64,000 nt of DNA from Candidatus Pelethosoma merdigallinarum (GTDB taxonomy: Bacteria; Bacillota_I; Bacilli_A; RF39; UBA660): the NCBI GenBank assembly GCA_018716065.1, contig DVKJ01000017.1, positions 2,031 through 66,030 of the forward strand. Reading direction: 5' to 3'. Made by a program: the position numbers and the translations under genes. The notes under the pieces are model-generated. The model saw nothing but the letters and a program-made list of their open reading frames with translations. It had not been told where the DNA came from and ran no database searches. Positions within the stretch are counted from its first letter, which is position 1. Every line of letters starts with the position of its first letter. Positions 60,426 through 64,000 of this stretch are shown one piece after another.

Positions 60426-61331
60426 TTACTGATCCATATATTCTTTCAGTTTCATAAAAACTGGAAGATTCCCTTTATAACTCTTAGGTGATATAGGGCT
60501 AGGATGGTATATTGGTAATACTTTAAAACCATCAACCTCATAAAGTTTTCCCACTACATCACCAAATTTATTAAATTTAAAGTCCAATAAATTTCTTGTT
60601 GGAAATTTTCCAAGAGTAATAACCAACTTAGGGTTTAAAATTTTTAATTGTTCTAACATAATATCCTTACAATTTTTTGAACATGTTTTCAAACTCTTTC
60701 TTTCTAGAGGGTAACATTTTACAGATTCTAAAAAAGTAGTATCAAAGATATTTCTATCAATAATATCAAATAATCTTTGTAATATAACACCACTTGGTAA
60801 TACCTTTCCATTGACATCACACCACAATTTATGACTCTTTCTCCATCCATTATTGGCAGGAGCTTCTCCCACTAAGACAATATCATGATTCTTTCCTAAA
60901 TATACTGTAGCATCATTCGGAAATTTTTCCACTAATTTTCCACAGCTTTTACAACCATGTACTCTTTCATCAACCTTTGTGAGTAATTTCTTAATAAGCC
61001 TTTTCTTTAATGACTCATATCGTTGTTTTGTATTTTCTGTTAATATTAAATCTCGATTCATTATTTCATAATCTGTATAATCAATCTCACTATCAAATTG
61101 ACTAGCAGTTAAATCAACAACTTGATCATTCAAGATATTAAAATAATGACTCACTCCATTCACATGAATCTTACCAATTTTACCGCCAAAATAATCTTGA
61201 ACAATAAGTGCGGTAATCCCACTCATTCCAAAACACTTATTACTTTCCGTCCAATCCTCACTTACATTAGGAACACACAACTCTTTTGTGTAACACTCCA
61301 ATAACGCTTTCTGTATAGTTTTAATATCCAC
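60426..61331 (-). CDS. Fusion protein: unknown N-terminal domain (~125 aa) plus uracil-DNA glycosylase-superfamily domain (family 4/5-like with Fe-S cysteines)
   Basis: CKSCGK (CxxC) ~25 aa before VLVGEAPANNGW (motif A, GEAPA); YHPSPISPKS (motif B, HPSP); further Cys residues (CYPLERKSLKTCSKNC) consistent with a 4Fe-4S UDG. Confidence 0.55.
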   Translation of the reverse strand: MDIKTIQKALLECYTKELCVPNVSEDWTESNKCFGMSGITALIVQDYFGGKIGKIHVNGVSHYFNILNDQVVDLTASQFDSEIDYTDYEIMNRDLILTENTKQRYESLKKRLIKKLLTKVDERVHGCKSCGKLVEKFPNDATVYLGKNHDIVLVGEAPANNGWRKSHKLWCDVNGKVLPSGVILQRLFDIIDRNIFDTTFLESVKCYPLERKSLKTCSKNCKDIMLEQLKILNPKLVITLGKFPTRNLLDFKFNKFGDVVGKLYEVDGFKVLPIYHPSPISPKSYKGNLPVFMKLKEYMDQ

Positions 61332-61371
61332 TTATACCACCTCACTTCTATTATCTTCTACTACAATTATT

Positions 61372-62154
61372 TTATTTACTTACTTTTGAAGAGCTAATTT
61401 TTAACTCTAAAAACTTTTTATGTCGCTTAGAAATTCCACTCATCTTTTTAATCTTATATTCCGTATCATTAGTTCTGTGCATAGGTCTTAATAAATCTTT
61501 TCTCACAGAAATATATCCATTTGATAAATAATAGTTAAAAGTTACAAATACACCGTTTCGTTCTAAAAGATATTGAATGACCGTTAAAGTCTTTCCAAAA
61601 TTTCTAGTTAATACTTTAAATGAATCAGTAAAAAATCCTTTACTCTCTGTTGCAACGGCAATCTCAAGCATTTGACATAAGTGCTCATTAAATGTGGCCG
61701 TCATTCCATCCTCTAACACAGTTTGCTTATCACTTGTAAATTTAGACATGTGTTGGGGAGTTATGGAAATAAAATGATTTTTATCCACAGGAATTGCATC
61801 AAAATATAATTCTGATGATTTTAAGTTTGCCGTTTTACACACAACTTCCCACGCTAAAGGATATTTTTTGATCGCTTTTAAATAATAATTGTCTATGTTT
61901 TTTTCTTTTAAGTTATTACTTACTTCTTCAAAATTAAGCTTCTTAAAATACTTAATTGCAAAAGAAGTTATAGTTTTAATTTCTTCTTCCTTCAATTGAT
62001 GTTCAAAACCTACTTGTTTATAATTACTAGAACTTACACTTTCTATTAAACTATTACGAATGGTTGTTACAACAAATGATTTAATATCGATGTTCGCATC
62101 TGGCAAATAAAATCGAGCTTCTTCTTTGGCAAACAATAAAATACCCTTTCTCAT
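61372..62154 (-). CDS. Hypothetical protein, probably co-transcribed with the UDG-fusion gene
   Basis: 40-nt gap to downstream gene; no recognised domain. Confidence 0.4.
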   Translation of the reverse strand: MRKGILLFAKEEARFYLPDANIDIKSFVVTTIRNSLIESVSSSNYKQVGFEHQLKEEEIKTITSFAIKYFKKLNFEEVSNNLKEKNIDNYYLKAIKKYPLAWEVVCKTANLKSSELYFDAIPVDKNHFISITPQHMSKFTSDKQTVLEDGMTATFNEHLCQMLEIAVATESKGFFTDSFKVLTRNFGKTLTVIQYLLERNGVFVTFNYYLSNGYISVRKDLLRPMHRTNDTEYKIKKMSGISKRHKKFLELKISSSKVSK

Positions 62155-63129
62155 CTCTCTATCATTCTAAACTTGAAGTAAAGAGTTCATACGCATTTCA
62201 ATATCACTCAATATTCTTTGGTATTCTAAGATATTATTCTTTACCAATTGATTTTTTAAATAATTCAAATAATTATCTACCATATATTCTTCTTTCATAC
62301 CATCACTTCCTGAACTAAATCTATTTGTATTATACCATATTGAAGTACAACAAAAAAGAACACTAAATAGTATTCCTTATGTATAAGCTAAATGGACTAA
62401 GATAAGGGATTCATTTACAATCTTTCTAGTTATTTTTTAATTTTTAAAATCTTGAAAAATCAAGTTTTTTTTTACTTTATTAATTTGTTTAAAATTTTAT
62501 AAATTCAAAATATTTGTACCTGATTTGTACCTAAAAAGCTAGCCGAGTTAGTCAATAATCAAATACAATAATCGATCACTACTAATATATCATTTTATTA
62601 GAAAATTACAATAAAAAACTGTTGGCTTGTACATCGCACTATATCACAATACCTTATAATGAAAAGAAAGAAAACATGAAAATTTCCGTAAAAATTGGAA
62701 AAATAAAAAAACTTACATTTTCTAATTTTAAGAAAACGTAAGATCAAAAAAACTCGTCGAAGTTAGAGCTAAACTCCTTCTTCATTGATTATCTTAATAC
62801 AAAAAAATTTCGTTGTCAATATGGTAAAATTTATAGCTGAAAAATATCAAAAAAGTATTACAGATTTACATTTTTTCAATGCTTTGTAATTTATTAATAT
62901 TAAATAACATGATAGATAAAAAATTTATTCCATCTTCTACACGTTTTTTATTGTTTTCAATTGAATTATGCTATATCTGACAGCTTCTCCGTGAGTACCA
63001 TCGCTTAGTATATGATACAATTCTAAAATATTATTAATATCATTATCTATAAATTCCTCTGCATTTTTTATATCTATCCCTTTTTTTACAGAAAATATTT
63101 TATTTTTGATTTTCTTGTAGCATTTCCTC

Positions 63130-63400
63130 TGTCAATTTAATCGCATTCTAATCATTATGATTAATATCTTTTTGTTGTTCTTTTGTGGAGTAATATTTTC
63201 TAAAACTTTATTCTACTTCTTTGATTAGTAATTCACCCAAAATATTTTTTACTAATCTGTTCAAGATATTTAGATGGCCTTAAATTTTCTACCTGTTGTA
63301 ACCCAATAGCCATATCTCATTGTAACTGTTTTATATAACCTTTAGTTTTTTGTTCTTCTTGATATGGATTCATAATAGAATCCATATCTTTTTCACTCAT
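63130..63400 (-). pseudogene. Degraded duplicate of the 5' portion of the Fic gene (59341..60186)
   Basis: 63153..63400 aligns with 59932..60177 at ~85% identity with indels that break the frame (e.g. ttatgattaatatctttttgtt...gatatggattcataatagaatccatatctttttcactcat). Confidence 0.6.
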
Positions 63401-63527
63401 ATAACTTTACCTAACATTTCTATATCGTTGAATCATATTATCCATATTTTCTATAATTATTATTTTTATTGCTTTATCTTTCGCTCAAGTCTTTTTTATT
63501 TATAAATGATGGTAATTCAATATTATC

Positions 63528-63740
63528 TTACGTGCTATCATTTACTTTTTCATAATTTACTAAATCCTTATAAAAGTTATTATTACAGTTATAACAGTGA
63601 TATATCGGCTGTTCTAATCCTACAAAAACTTCGCATCCACCTAAGTATATTTCTTTCTTTTCAACTTTTTCAAATACTTCTGGAGTTGGCATACCATATA
63701 TTATTTGAACTAAATTTTTGTTACAAATTGGACATTTCAT
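63528..63740 (-). CDS. Small zinc-ribbon protein (CxxC...CxxC)
   Basis: MKCPICNK ... HCYNCNN; 70 aa. Confidence 0.3.
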   Translation of the reverse strand: MKCPICNKNLVQIIYGMPTPEVFEKVEKKEIYLGGCEVFVGLEQPIYHCYNCNNNFYKDLVNYEKVNDST

Positions 63741-63752
63741 TTTCTATCACCT

Positions 63753-64000
63753 TTACACAAGTTCTATATTCTTTTCATTTACATATAACAATAAGGCTTT
63801 TTCCCAAGAATTATAGTATAAAGCGGGTATTTTTTCTTCACTTTTATATCTAGGGTCTTGCGATACAACTAGTTCAAGAAACTTATTAAATTCTTCATAA
63901 ATTCTTTTATCTATGCATAATCCATTACCAAACCCCATATATACAAACTTATATTTACCATCATAGTCTTCTTTAGCATAATTTTTCCACGCTTCTTTCC
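63753..64000 (-). CDS. Partial CDS (C-terminal part; open frame continues upstream beyond window end), hypothetical
   Basis: Frame stays open from 63938 through 64000 on minus strand (...KEAWKNYAKEDYDGKYKFVYMGFGNGLC...). Confidence 0.3.
   Translation of the reverse strand, partial: KEAWKNYAKEDYDGKYKFVYMGFGNGLCIDKRIYEEFNKFLELVVSQDPRYKSEEKIPALYYNSWEKALLLYVNEKNIELV

Noticed and set aside
62155-63129. Looked for integrase or recombinase genes or direct repeats marking a mobile-island boundary
   Set aside because: The region is AT-rich low-complexity with no ORF longer than 60 aa and no recognisable att-like repeats, apart from the Fic remnant further right. Evidence is insufficient to call a mobile element.
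1-64000. Considered a Mollicutes-type genetic code (UGA=Trp), given the very low GC content
   Set aside because: Trp is encoded by TGG throughout. TGA terminates several well-defined genes (e.g. secA, cas9, cdaA), and the cell-wall and LysM machinery is that of a walled Firmicute. The standard code applies.

Overview
This is a low-GC Firmicutes-like chromosomal window, densely coded and mostly on the minus strand. It has three parts. (1) Positions 1-18.3 kb hold housekeeping and envelope genes: cdaA-cdaR (c-di-AMP), trmL, a Clp-like AAA+ protein, secA, hpf and a cold-shock protein. Around them sit several extracytoplasmic thioredoxin-fold proteins, LysM and PepSY proteins, and an MqsR/MqsA-like toxin-antitoxin pair at 13.1-14.4 kb. 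(2) Positions 18.6-47.4 kb are accessory genes. They include an agr-like quorum-sensing locus whose AgrD propeptide is missing from the ORF track, and a Ca-type P-type ATPase. They also include an autolysin pair (an amidase with six LysM repeats plus a glucosaminidase), ABC exporters, a TetR regulator, an arylsulfotransferase-like protein, a polysaccharide deacetylase, TspO, a MacB/FtsX-type ABC pair and two FAD oxidoreductases. (3) Positions 47.5-64 kb are a defence island built around a complete type II-A CRISPR-Cas locus (cas9-cas1-cas2-csn2 on the minus strand). The array has 14 repeats and 13 spacers of 30 bp at 49152..50044. An inferred tracrRNA lies divergently upstream of cas9. Directly upstream of cas9 is a tightly packed minus-strand four-gene cluster that is probably one operon. 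It encodes a Fic-domain protein, a MazG-like NTP pyrophosphohydrolase, a DUF2075/Schlafen-type protein with PD-(D/E)xK nuclease and SF1 helicase domains, and an overlapping 187-aa unknown partner. This is the best candidate for an undescribed defence system in the window. Further upstream is a uracil-DNA-glycosylase-superfamily fusion protein. A second, divergent UDG-like protein sits on the other flank of the array. A degraded duplicate of the Fic 5' end lies at ~63.1-63.4 kb. No rRNA or tRNA genes were recognised.
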